Positions 24,760 to 37,074 of a stretch of DNA of 64,000 bases are shown one piece after another; positions within the stretch are counted from its first letter, which is position 1, and every line of letters begins with the position of its first letter. The stretch is from Lama glama. Lineage: Eukaryota. Below the pieces are notes generated by a model. That model was given only the letters and a program-made list of their open reading frames with translations. It was not told the DNA's origin and made no database searches. Position numbers and translations under genes: made by a program. The stretch is from assembly GCA_028534125.1 (NCBI GenBank), contig CM052818.1, positions 9,178,001 to 9,242,000 of the forward strand. Reading direction: 5' to 3'.

Positions 24760-25150
24760 AAGTGAATGTTATAAAAAAAAAAAGTAGAGAAAAAAATCTC
24801 CATAATCCTGCCCCGTATTAATAGTTTGTTGTGTATCCTTCAGATATTTTTATGCATATACTTATATCTATATAGCAACAAAAGAAACATACTATCTTAT
24901 AAATTGTCATCTAGTCCTGCATCTAGGGCATCTTTTCATGTTGGTATATATAGGTCTCATTCTATTGATGGATATTTAGGTCATTTACACTGTTTCACTA
25001 TTATAAGCAATGCATAAGTAAGCATCTTTGAATAGATACTTGAGTACTTGCATGAAAGTTTCTGTTGGACAGCTTCTGGGAAGAATTTCTGGATCAAAAC
25101 ATTGACATATTTTTAAAGTTTTAACTTAGTTATTTTCAAATTGCTCTCCA
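24760..25150 (-). mobile_element. Old L1ME-type 3' fragment
   Basis: ctattgatggatatttagg...tgtttcactattataagcaatgc...ttttcaaattgctctcca. Confidence 0.7.
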
Positions 25151-25952
25151 CCTGTCTCCTGGAAACATGAAAATGAATTAATTTCTCATGAAGACTTATC
25201 AGCTAACACAGTGCCTGGCGCATAGTAGCTCTTCGTTAATTGCTGGCTAGATTAAAGCATCATTACTACTACTAATTGTTCTAGCTGTGAAAAAGTGATG
25301 CCTTTGACATGACTGAAGTGCATTGCCCTGCCTGCCTCAGTCTTAGTTATCCCAGACAGCTGAGGTATTTAAGTGTGGTAAAGTATTAGCTTCATAGTAG
25401 TAGTAAATATTTAAAAAAACAAACAATAGTACACACCACAATACATAGCACTTCTGATTGTCTCCTCTGTGCAAGGTATTGTTGTCACCTAAAATCATAG
25501 AATTCTAGAGTAGACAGGAACCTAGATGTCAAATAGTCTGTTTCTTTTTTCTATATGAAGAAGTGAAAGCCCAGAAAGTTAGTGATTGTCCAAAGTTTGA
25601 GAATTAGTAGATCCTACTTCAAGCACCTTTTATTTCTCACTTTCCTATCCTGACTTGAATACAGATTTATTATAATTTTATTTTATTTCAGTATATCATA
25701 TAAACAAGGCATGTTATTGACTGAGATACGTGTCCTCAAGTCTTAGTTCTGTCAATTTACTTGCCTAGAGCTTCCTTCTTGTCCTTCTAATTTGCTACTT
25801 CAAGTTGGACAAGGATTGGAAAACCAGGTAACCAAACTTACTAGAACTATATATCAAGAGGTGGGATCTGAGAGGGAGTCTAAGATTTTCCTGAGTGAAA
25901 CACAAGAGTCAACATTTTTTTGTCAGCTACTTTGGCTAGTCAGGACAGCTTG

Positions 25953-26022
25953 TGAGAGAGAGAGAGAGAGAGGGAGGGAGGGAGAGAGAGAGGGAGGGGG
26001 GGGAGCGTCTGTGCGCGCGCGC
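25953..26022. repeat. (GA)n/(GGGA)n purine tract followed by a (GC)n run
   Basis: Directly visible: gagagagag...gggaggggggggagcgtctgtgcgcgcgcgc. Confidence 0.95.
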
Positions 26023-26472
26023 AAATGCAAGCCCTACCCTTACCAGCTTAGGAACACGTTGCCATGTTCTGGATAGATGGATGATTTTATATATACACCT
26101 TACATGGCAAAAGAGAATTTGCAAATATGATTAAATGAAGGATCTTAGGATGGGGAGATTATCCTGGGTCATCCAGGTGGGGCCAGTGTAATTACAAGGG
26201 TTCTTAGAAATGAAGGAGAGATGCAGGAGAGTCAGAGTCAGAGAAGGAGATATGATGACAAGAGCAGAGGTCAGAATGATACAGCTGCTTGAAGAAGAGA
26301 CCATGAGCCAAGAAACACAGGTGCCTTCCAAAAGCTAGAAAAGGCAAAGAAATAGATTCTGCCTAAGAGCCTCCAGAAAGGAATGAAGCCCACTGCCAAC
26401 ACCAATCCTAGTCCAGTCAGACCATTTTAGATTTCTCTCTAGAACTGTAAGATAACAAATTTGTATTATTTT

Positions 26473-27416
26473 TTTTTAGGTTTTTTTTTTTTATTTTTTA
26501 CATTTTTATTGATTCACAATCATTCTACAGTGCTGTGTCAAATTCCAGTGCCCAGCACAATCCCCCAGTCATACATGGACATATACACACTCATTGTCAC
26601 ATTCTTTCTCTGTGATTTATCATAACATTTTGTGTATATTTCCCTGTGCTATACAGTGTAATCTTGTTTATCTGTTCTACAATTTTGAAATCCCAGTCTA
26701 TCCCTTCCCACCCTCTACCCCGCCCCCCCCCCCCGGTAACCACAAGTCTGTATTCTCTGTCCATGAGTCCANNNNNNNNNNNNNNNNNNNNNNNNNNNNN
26801 NNNNNNNNNNNNNNNNNNNNNNNNNNNNNNNNNNNNNNNNNNNNNNNNNNNNNNNNNNNNNNNNNNNNNNNNNNNNNNNNNNNNNNNNNNNNNNNNNNNN
26901 NNNNNNNNNNNNNNNNNNNNNNNNNNNNNNNNNNNNNNNNNNNNNNNNNNNNNNNNNNNNNNNNNNNNNNNNNNNNNNNNNNNNNNNNNNNNNNNNNNNN
27001 NNNNNNNNNNNNNNNNNNNNNNNNNNNNNNNNNNNNNNNNNNNNNNNNNNNNNNNNNNNNNNNNNNNNNNNNNNNNNNNNNNNNNNNNNNNNNNNNNNNN
27101 NNNNNNNNNNNNNNNNNNNNNNNNNNNNNNNNNNNNNNNNNNNNNNNNNNNNNNNNNNNNNNNNNNNNNNNNNNNNNNNNNNNNNNNNNNNNNNNNNNNN
27201 NNNNNNNNNNNNNNNNNNNNNNNNNNNNNNNNNNNNNNNNNNNNNNNNNNNNNNNNNNNNNNNNNNNNNNNAACATTGGGGTGCAGGTGTCATCCTGAAG
27301 TAGATTTCCTTCTGGGTACAAGCCCAGGAGTGGGATTCCTGGGTCATATGGTAAGTCTATTCCTAGTCTTTTGAGGAATCTCCACACTGTTTTCCATAGT
27401 GGCTGCACCAAACTGC
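26473..27416 (-). mobile_element. Young lineage-specific L1 3' end with a perfect 14-bp TSD; contains the assembly gap
   Basis: TSD atttgtattatttt at 26459-26472 and 27417-27430; long T-tail; [14 protein letters not shown] is L1 ORF2. Confidence 0.92.
26772..27271. other. Assembly gap (500 N)
   Basis: Run of N. Confidence 1.
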
Positions 27417-28524
27417 ATTTGTATTATTTTAAGTCACTAAGTTTACAGTAATTTATTATAACAGCAATAGGAAGGTAACACAGTGTCTTACGATAAGCCA
27501 GTGTAAGTTTGAGTTTTGATTGAAGGACAATTGTTCTTTTGCATTTTAATCAAATATTTAAAGAATGTGAAAGTGTTTAAAGAAAAGAAAGCTGCAAAAA
27601 GTAACCACATAATAATAGTAATACTTAACATTAATTGAGCACTTACTATATACCAGATATTGTGATTTACAGAATTTCATTTAAGGCTTACAATAATCCT
27701 TGCAATAATGATGTAGGACTATGACATTAATCTGTTTATTAGACATATAAGAAAGCAAATATAAAGAAAGTGAAGAATTTAACTGACTTTCATAAGCAAA
27801 GAGATTAGCTGAACTCTCTGGTGATAAGGTGCAGAATTCCATCCTCTCAAATCAAACAAGGAAAAATTGAAGGTAGTTACTAAAAAAATTAGGCAAAGGT
27901 AAAGCTTGTAAGATTCCTAAGGGATAGGTAATGCCTTAGATTGGGAAAATAAATCCTACCTGAAATGCTTTGAGTTCCCACTACATGGCAGGCAACTCCC
28001 ACCTATTCCAAGGGGCTCAGCTTGCTAACTGGCAGACCGGGTAGAATCTCCAGAAGGTGCAGCCCTTCCTCCCCCATCTGGAATCTTTGACCCATAACCC
28101 TGAATTCATAACTCCAATCTTGTCTTTGAATGACAATCCTGAATATGTGACATCAGATTAACAGTCTCAAAATAAATCTCTTTCCTTCCATTGCAATGTT
28201 ATTGGAAATCCCAAATAACATACACATGATGAAAAAATTAATACAGCTCTAATGACATCTTACATTTATAAGATGTAGTAACACATTTTTAATTCTGCTG
28301 CTTGTGTATATGTTCTTTGTACTTAAGATATTTGAAATGTTTTAGAGAATCTCACAAGTTAGATAAAAATCTGACATTTTAAATTGATTTTTCATTTAAA
28401 TACTTAGGATCTGGCCAACCAGGGATGCAGAGAGTATTTTAATGCTTGAGTGAATTTGATTTAATGTACAGGTTTGATTTTTTTATGCTGCATAGATGCC
28501 TAAGAGAGTTTGATTTACTTGATT

Positions 28525-28750
28525 TACAGTAACACATTTGCTGAGCACTTATTACTCGCCAAGACCGTTTTAAGTGCTTTGCATGCACTAACTCAGGTAA
28601 AGCTCATAACAGCTCTGTGAGTTTCGTACTATTGCTACCCCGACTTTCAGATGATAAAACGGAGGCACAAAGAGTTATGGGACTTAACCAAGATCACACA
28701 GCTTGTTGGTAGCAGAGCAATCTGGCTGGGAGTTCACTCTCCTAACCGAT
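28525..28750 (-). mobile_element. MIR SINE
   Basis: aacacatttgctgagcactt...cagatgataaaacggaggcacaaagagtt...aagatcacacagc. Confidence 0.85.
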
Positions 28751-30666
28751 GCCCCCCACCCCAGTGCTCAGGAAGACTCTTACTCTGTTAGTGCTCAGGA
28801 CTCGGCAGAGAATGGGCCAAGGTGATTTACAGTGTGTAAAAGTGCCTTATTAGGAGTGTGAAGTACCTAGACAATTAGATACAAAATGTGTGAATTTGAC
28901 ATATTTAAGGGAATTTAATAAATGAGGTTTATAAACAGTGTGTAAATGTGCAAGAGAATTTGATAGATTTATTTGTAGGCTTTTGTGACTTTAACATGTA
29001 ATGCTTAAGAAAATTCTATACCATTTATAGTGTTTCAATGGGAAGTTTAGTAAGTCAAATTAATATGCTCACTGAGCATTAATCAAAGAACAGGTGAAAG
29101 TGGTTTATTTTAACATGAAATTGACAGATTTATAAGTGAATTTGACATTTGTGTTTTAATGTGTAATAACAAGTAGGCTTAGATTTTACAACACTAATAA
29201 ATGTCACTTAAAACACAGGCAACTTTATAGGCTCCTTCCCATGCATAAAAATTCCCCTCTGACATTTAAAATCTCAACTGATAACTGGTACAGCTGTAGC
29301 CCTGTTTTGCAGAGGGGGAAAATGAGGTGAAGAGAAATAATTTCCCAAGATGACAGAACTGGGAAATAATGGATCCTGCAATCCAGGCCAGGTGACAACA
29401 GACTGCCAAAGGCACATTCAACCACTCTGCTGTACCACCTCCATTGTGTGGATGCCATTTCTATAGAACATTGTGTCAGTTGTGGATACATACATAACCT
29501 GGAGGAATCTACACCAGTACAACAACACTGGCCTTCCCTGGAGTCGGAATTATGGAGGACTGTTACTTTATTTGTAATATTTATGATTTGAGTAAAAGGA
29601 GTTCTCTATCCCTTCACCACATTTTCCAACTAATTTCTCTACTGACAATTTAAAATTAAAAGAATTCTGCACCTCTTTATATTTTACTTCTCTGTATTAT
29701 CAATAGTCACTTATTAATATCTACCTAATGAGCTTTTTTCTTTTTTCTGCTTATGCTTCAAATACCCACTCAGATGGGCATCATTCCTGGGTGAAATCTT
29801 TTATGCTCTCATCTCCGTATGCCCTATAGAATTAGTCACTCCTTTGATCAGGCTACTTTTGTACCTAATATATGCTTTTATTATTAACTATATAATACTG
29901 AATAGTTGTTTTTCTATTTAGCTGTCTTCCTATTAAAGTATCTGTGTTATCTATGACTTTTCCCAGTGCCCAGCACAGAATTTGGTTGGTTAAACCAAAC
30001 ATATTTTGCAGTTATGGAAGCTTAAGTATGCTTTGCAAAAGCAATTATTATAGTTTTTCCTTTCCTTAAAAGGCTTGCTCTCTTTTGGTCCTTTACTCCT
30101 TTGGTCTAGCACTGAGCTACCTCAGTAGATGGACACAATCAAGGCTTAAGGCAAACTAAAAGTGGAGGAATTCAGTTAAGCTGTCACAGAACGAGAAAAG
30201 CTGAATTCTCAGAAAACATGAATCATTTGCAAGGAGGAGTTGAGAGTGGCCCTATGTCACATGTACAACTGGGAGAGGAGAATCTTCAGTTTGCTTCCCC
30301 TGAGGTGCTTCATTGTTCAGTTGCTCTCAGACTAGCCAGGCTGCCACATCTGTTGTGTATTTCTAAGGGTCCGGTTTTCTATTTAAAGAAGAAAAAGCAG
30401 TTAACCCCTTAATCAGACGAATAGTTTTAGGTAGTTGGGGGCTGGGAATACTTGTTACTTATCATGACCCCAGTATATCTGCATTTCATCCTGGATTGCT
30501 TCTGTGGTGGGAATCTCGGGGCGGGGGGTGGGGGTAGTAAAGTTTTGGATTGTGCAGCCCTGCAGACCAGCTCTTACTCCAAAGCCCCTGTGCCCTCGCC
30601 GGCCGCGGTTAGGGGGCCGGCCCGGGTCGGGAGTCGGTGACACCAGAGCTGGCCCCCGCCACTTAC

Positions 30667-30900
30667 TCCCCTACAAGTCCGCGGCCAGGGCAGGAAAGTG
30701 AAAATGAAAATAGAAGCTGCCCCGATTGCCCCCTCTTGGACTGGCGGCCCGTGCTGGTCAAGTAGGATTGGAAGAGCCGCGACTCGCGGGCTGGCGACCA
30801 GGGTCCGTCTTCTCCTCTAGGAGAGGGGGTCTCCTTTCCCAACGTGAGCGGACTAGCGCAGCCGGACCGCGCATTTTTTGGAGGCCCTGCTGCCCCGCGC
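30667..30900 (-). other. Candidate non-coding first exon (TSS approximate)
   Basis: Donor GGA|GTAAGT at 30667/30666; Sp/KLF boxes lie just upstream on the minus strand. Confidence 0.55.
30693..30710 (+). promoter_or_regulatory. Triple IRF-type element (ISRE-like) GAAA-GT-GAAA-AT-GAAA
   Basis: ggaaagtgaaaatgaaaa; three GAAA cores at 2-nt spacing. Confidence 0.55.
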
Positions 30901-31339
30901 GTCTGACTAGCGCCCGCCCCACGAGTCTCCGCCCCCACGACGCCCCACCCGGTTCCTGCGCCTCCGTCCCGCCCTCCGCTTCCGTCTCTAAAGCTACGCA
31001 CCCCTGGGGCCCCGAGACCGTGAGGCTCCACTAGGTCCCGCCAGCCTCCGGAGGACGCTTCCTTTTCTTTTCTTTCTCCCCACCCACCTCCTCTTCCTTC
31101 GGCCCCTCCTCCTTCTCCGCGCTGCGGCGGGTCGTCTGTTCCCGAAGTCTTGGTGGAGACAAGGCCGAGGCGAAGCCAGGGTGCTTTCTCATTAGTGCTC
31201 TGGCCGGGCCTGGGGATCCGGCAGCGGTAGATTGCCTTGGGGTTGGGTTTCCTTCTTCCAGGCGCATCTCTGCACTGAGAACCTGTTGCGGAGGGTGGGT
31301 CCTGAAGATCTGGTTAGGAATTTCTTCCTCCTGGCTCAC

Positions 31340-31510
31340 CGGCCCCAAGCCCCCGAAGTGGAAGTGATAGGAAGGGGAGTAGGAAGGGGAGTGATAGGGG
31401 GAAGAAGTGGATTGTTGAAAGGTGAAGAATGCAGCTGAATTCTTATACGAAGTGCTTGGCCAAAGAAAAATCCTGGAGCAAGGACATAAAGAGTGCTAAG
31501 GTTTGGGGCA
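31340..31510 (-). other. Candidate alternative first/UTR exon (5' end approximate)
   Basis: Donor CCG|GTGAGC at 31340/31339 at the edge of the CpG island. Confidence 0.4.
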
Positions 31511-31787
31511 GCGAATTCATTATCAGTTAAAAAAAAATACAAGTGGCTGGAAACCGCATTCTAATTAATTATAACTCACAGGGTGCCTGTTAATTACAAG
31601 AGACACCTGACCTCATACTTGCAGACCAAGTGCAGATGGCAATTTTTAGAGAAATGCAGGCACCGAGCAGGAAAATGGGGTGTTGGTGTTTTCAGAGTTC
31701 CCATCAGGTGTCTGAAAGATAGCTGGGGGTGGGGGTTAGATCTCCGACGAATATATATCGCAGACAAGAGTGACATAAAGCCTCTAC

Positions 31788-31950
31788 CTTCTCCATTTCT
31801 CAATGTCTGATAGCAGATTGTAGTCATGGCAAGTTGTTCATTGGCTGGTGTAAACCTTTGTGATTGAAATGAAGTCATGATTTAATACATACAGTTGTTT
31901 GCCTGTGTTCTCAGACACTGAAGAACATTCCCTTCACACTTGCAGGGAGT
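31788..31950 (-). other. Candidate alternative first exon with a short open N-terminus (MTTICYQTLRNGE)
   Basis: GCCATGA at 31827; frame open to donor AAG|GTAGAG (phase 1); the donor is only moderate. Confidence 0.3.
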
Positions 31951-32429
31951 TTAAAGGAAAAAAAAAAACACACCTGCTTCAAGTGCTTAGCATTGTACTG
32001 GAACAATTATAGAAGCCATCCTTTAGCTTCTGTGCATTTTTGCCTAAGGAAATGTGTAGTTGTGAGACTTAACTTCATAACTACCTATTCCTAGAGAAAC
32101 TTTGCCCTTTAGAAATTATTCATCAGTGGTTGGTAGCAGAGTGAAAGGTACACACAACTGTATATGCATGTCAGTGCTGACAAAGAATTGTCAAACGAGG
32201 TATATGATCATGCTGTTTCTCCAGGGTTCCTTCTGCCTCTGACTTAAAGAATAGGGGAGTATGGCTAACAGTTAGAAATGAGGAAGAAATAATGAGTTCA
32301 TAGATTTCTATTTGAAAGACCTCAGGTAGAAATTTAGAAATATAAAGTTTCATTTTTAATCCTACCTAGTAATAAAAGGTAAATTGAGAGCAGGCTGTCT
32401 GCTGGACACTTGCTGTTGGTTATTTCCCA

Positions 32430-32570
32430 GAACCTTCACAACTCTGAGATCACCACTGTTCTCATTTCACAGAAAGCAGAATCAAGCTTTGAGAAGTTAA
32501 GGTAACTTGCCCAAGGTCACATGGTTAGTAAGTGACCAGTTTAGGACTGAACTCAGGTCACTCATCTTTC
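32430..32570 (-). mobile_element. MIR fragment
   Basis: gagaagttaaggtaacttgcccaaggtcacatggttagtaagtg. Confidence 0.8.
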
Positions 32571-33489
32571 CAAATTAAAAACTATGTAGAATGTGGGTGT
32601 TTACATTTATCTAAGTGCATCATGTTTAAATGGGTGCATTTTATCTAAATCATATTCCAGTAAAGTTAATTTTAAAAATCACGCAGGATGAATGTGATGT
32701 TTTTGATAGAACTCATCAAAGAAACAGCATTATGATGATTTCACACCTGACAGTTTCTGGGGAAAAAGAGATGACGGTGATAAATATGTGTTATTAACAT
32801 ATACACCAAAAGACTGGTGACATCACCAGTCTAGACAGTCTAGGATTGTTCATTCAGGTGGCTTTTCCAGACTTCAGATACAGACATATAGAAATATCAA
32901 CCAGGATGCTACCATGCATAAGAGGCATGCAAGTCTTGTGGAAATCAACCAAGCAAATACAAAATTGGAAAAGACATCTAAGTATGTGATATCAAAACTG
33001 TCTAACAAAAATATATTCCAACTACTAGGCATTAATAAGTTAGATACTTTTGCTAGTGGTCTGCATTAAAGTCACATTTTCTGTGTATAAGATCGTATGT
33101 GCTATATTAAGCATTGTGATTATAAGCTGTGCAGTAGAATTCACACGTTTTTGTTTTCAATTAAAATTTGAACAGTCTGTCAAAACAAGCCAGGGCACCA
33201 GTTGTTAGTGCTTTTGTGTTTGAAGGCTGTGTTTGGCTGTTTATGGAGAATATATGGATTCCTTTTTCATTTTATAATGTTCCATTTTGATGTTTCACCA
33301 GTTTCAGAAACATTTTAATTTAAAGCTTTAATTGAAATTTATTAATCAAATGTTTTGTGAGTTGGGTATTCTGAATAATCATGGTTGCCCATACATATGT
33401 AAAAACAGGCCACAAAATAGATCAGTTCTTTTCCCAAATGCCCAAACTGGCTTTCTTAGGATGCATAAACTAATAGTTGCCGTCCTTAC

Positions 33490-33657
33490 CTGATACAGAT
33501 GTCTGTATTGGTCGGTTTAACAGCCCCAGTAATGACACAGTCCACAAGGCCTCAGAATCAGATATGAGTAGAGATTTCACTCTTAAGAATTCTGCACAAC
33601 CTGAAGTTTTCCAAGAGAATATTTTCTTCAGTGGCAATCATGAAGACTGTGACTTAT
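33490..33657 (-). other. Candidate upstream UTR exon
   Basis: Strong donor CAG|GTAAGG at 33490/33489; possible acceptors at 33658 (ttttatttttcactcaAG) or 33601. Confidence 0.35.
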
Positions 33658-34269
33658 CTTGAGTGAAAAATAAAACGATTGCGACAGAAAGCATGAGTCT
33701 CAGGGCAATTTGATCAGGATGCATACTTAGCACCCTTCTTGATGTGCAAGAGGAAACTCTGACCCAGCGTTCTTCATCAGGAGAGTCCTTTGCAAGATCA
33801 AGCATGACAACAGAAAATCACTACTCTTGGTAATTAGATATAACCAGGGTGGTGGGGAACAGCACACAGCCTGAGATTAAATCTCTGAACCTAAACTTCC
33901 TGCTGGTGGTTACTCTCTTCACTCTATTACTTCTTTAACATTTGTTTACTATTAGTGCAGTTTGCTTGGCAATGAAAGCAGCTGTGTCTTCTCAGACATG
34001 CATAAGCCTGTAATTGGTGGACTACTAAAAATGTTTCTACTCCAGCTAATTTCTGTTATGGTTTTTCGTAATTTATTCAGAGAATTTATGATTTACTCCA
34101 GAAATGTACAGTTTACTAGAAACCATTCTAAATAGGTGGAAGCAATTTTATTATGCAGATCATATAGATGTGTTATTCATAATAAATGCACATTTTTTCC
34201 TGTCCATAGCATATCACCTCTAGACCCTCTGGCTGCATGATAAAAATTGAAATACAATTTCAAAACTAT

Positions 34270-34745
34270 ACTTCAAGTTCTTAAGATACTTTTTAGCAAG
34301 ATATATTAGGAACCTTAAAAACGTATGTAACCTTTGATCCAATAATTGCTCTCTTAAAAATCTATTCAAAGAAAATAAAAATTCAAGCAAAGATTTTTAT
34401 ATAAAAGATATTCACTGCAGTGTCATTTATAATGACAAACTTCAGAAAATCTAATCTAAATCAACAATAGTAAAATCTTTTAATACATTGATACATCAAT
34501 ATATGATTATTTTAAAATATGACCATTTATAATTTATGGAAATTTTAAAATATGTTTCAAGTTCATTTGATCTTATAGAGTATCATCCCAACTTAGTAAA
34601 AATACATGTATATGCATAGAAAAAAGACAGAAGCAACTATATAAAAATGTTAACTGATTACTGCTGAATAGTAGGATTATGAGCCATTTTAATTTTCTTT
34701 ACATCTTTAAATTTTTTTCATATTCCCTATAATGAACATTTTTTA
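34270..34745 (+). mobile_element. Old L1ME-type 3' fragment
   Basis: cctttgatccaataatt...aagatattcactgcagtgtcatttataat. Confidence 0.7.
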
Positions 34746-35199
34746 TGGCCAGGAAAATAATAAATGCTACTTTAAAAAGTTCTTAGAAGGCTTAATAGAC
34801 ACTTGACTTCTTGATTCATAAGTAACAGAATGAAATATTAGTGTTTATGCATGGGAAATAGCCCAGAAATAACCACAATGACTACTTTAAACATCAACCA
34901 TTCTCTCTCTGCCTCCTCCCTTCTTTCATTTTTATCCTCGACTAGTTGTTTAAAATGTTTCCTAAGGTTGAAAGCCTATTCCTACCAAAGTAGAATAGTA
35001 TAGAATGAATTAAGTCTAAAAGCTTACACCAAAGTAAACCTAAAATGTTAACGTAGTAAAAAGAGACTAATAGCACAAGACCCAAAACCAATGTCATGTA
35101 TAATGACATGCTTCCTTCTTTCCAAAAAAGCCAAAGAGCCCCAGGGCCTGTGCTAAATACTTCACAAGTGCCATAACTGGAGATTTTTTCTATTAAAAC

Positions 35200-35224
35200 T
35201 GTGTGTGTGTGTGTGTGTGTGTGT
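35200..35224. repeat. (TG)n microsatellite
   Basis: Directly visible. Confidence 0.95.
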
Positions 35225-36329
35225 TTAAACATGTCCTAGGAAAAGGTCTGGAAGGCTCCACCCAGATGTCAAGATAACAAGCCTCTAGGTTGGTAGAATT
35301 AAAAATGTTTTCAGGAAATGTTTGCTTGTCAGTATTGTCATATTGTTCTGTGATGTACAAATATAGCCTTTTGTAAAAAGGAATAGGTGTTTTTAACATC
35401 ATTTTGAAGAAAAAAAAAAAGATGCTACCCAGAGCTGTCAGAATTAGTCTCCTTGAGACCTTCCTAACTGGCAATTTGGAACAAACTACCAATTACTCGC
35501 AGTATGAAGTTTTGACAGACGAAATAATACAGCTTTTTATTGGTATCTACCTTGGGAAATACTTGGGAGGAAAAAAATAAGTCCTATGAAGCAATTTAGG
35601 AAATCCTCTTGGAAAACTCAGTTGCACAACAACTATTTAAATAGATTAAATACACATCTTCCATTGGCAGTTGTATCAATGGCATTATACATTGACAAAA
35701 CATTTAAAACAAGACAGGCAGTCCAATAGAAAATTAAGCAAACAGAATATCTTGTGGAAACAGACAAGTTTCCTAAAAGAACTGCATCAAGTTAATAACA
35801 GTTCATTAATAACAACACTTGGGACATTTTCATGTGCCAGAGGTTTTTGATGAAATAGTACCAGTGGGTAGGTAACGTGGCCCATTTTATAGCACACGTA
35901 TATTAGCACAGTGTTTTACCATAAAGTAAATGTTAAGTATCTTATAAAAATTTATTTTGATTCAATCCTATGCATTAGAAAATGAATGATTCTTAAGTTT
36001 GTTTTACGAATTAAGTTTGATTATTCACTGGACAAAATATATGGTGCTAAGTTTTTCCCCTAAATGTGAGCATCTAGAGGAAAAATGTTTCAATTAGTTT
36101 GAGGACACATCTAACAAAATGAAACAAAATCATCCAAGTGAGGCACTCTAATACACTAAAAAGCACTGTGAACACTGGAATGTACTTCCAACAGTGCAGG
36201 TAACTAGCTTGTAACCTTGGGGTTCACAGTCTTCTACTGCTAAATAAAGTGATTAAACAGGATCATCTCGCAGCAAGATTTCTTCTAATTTTAAAAGCCT
36301 AAGATCTGAAAACAAACAGGAAGATCATA

Positions 36330-37060
36330 AAAGATGGAGAGAAGGTAGACCAATTAGAGACCTCGGGACCCAAAGCACAACACAAAGGTGAGTCTTCTGG
36401 GTCATCTTTTTGCCTCGTATATCCTAGCCTCAGCACTGAAGAAGCTGGCAACCAACACAAATAAAGGAAAGCCCCAACAAAAGCCTATTCTTTTTAGCCA
36501 AAGGACCTGGAAAGGGGAAGCCTAGCAGGACAGAAAAACTTAAAGACTTTAAACTTTGCTATATTTTAGCCAAACGTGACAGAAAAAAACTGTGGCCCCA
36601 ACTAGTAGAAGCCAAGTGGAGAGCTCAGACTTCCACTTTTGCCAGGCTGATGAAGTGCCCAACCCTGTCCTGACACCCACCACAGCAAGTTTGGTGTCAG
36701 AGGAAGTCTAGTGGAGAGTCAAGACTTTCATGACAACCTGGTAGTAATGAGACCAGAGGCTGCTCACCCCACCTCTGTGGCATCAGTGGAGTCCACGTAG
36801 AGAGTAGTATTAAGGCCTCCCCTCTCCTTCCCTACTGGGGAGGTATCCATGGAGGCATAAGGAAGAACTGGAACTCCCATCTCCACCTATAAGTAATGAA
36901 AAGCACCCACAGCCCAAATGCCAACAGACGCTGAGAAGAGGCTGAGAGAGTCCAGTACCCATCTGGACTTCTACCCTCAACTGACCACTCCCTCATCCCC
37001 TCCTTCCTTCTCCTGGAGCAGTGTCACAGGAAACCAGCTAAAACAGAATGTTTAAATAAG
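36330..37060 (+). mobile_element. Probable old L1M 5' region
   Basis: ccccaacaaaagcctattctttttagccaaaggacctggaaagggg, with repeated cagacttc/ggagagt units like L1M 5' ends. Confidence 0.5.
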
Positions 37061-37074
37061 AAGCATATGGTCGC

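Larger units (their letters stand above)
26090..27483 (+). mobile_element. MaLR LTR (MLT1D-like) split by an L1 insertion
   Basis: ttacatggcaaaag...gatggggagattatcctgg...gaactgtaagataacaaatttgtattatttt, resuming at 27417 with aagtcactaagttt...acagcaataggaa. Confidence 0.88.
30550..31370. promoter_or_regulatory. CpG island promoter, probably driving a minus-strand gene
   Basis: Abrupt GC- and CpG-rich segment; clustered GC boxes at 30910-30980; minus-strand donors at 30666 and 31339. Confidence 0.9.

Noticed and set aside
26594..27411. The longest ORFs in the track (210-242 aa)
   Set aside because: Artefacts of reading through 500 Ns inside an L1.
30452..31542. Overlapping 60-120-aa ORFs in the CpG island
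   Set aside because: Expected from stop-codon scarcity in GC-rich DNA; most use non-ATG starts and show no domain similarity.
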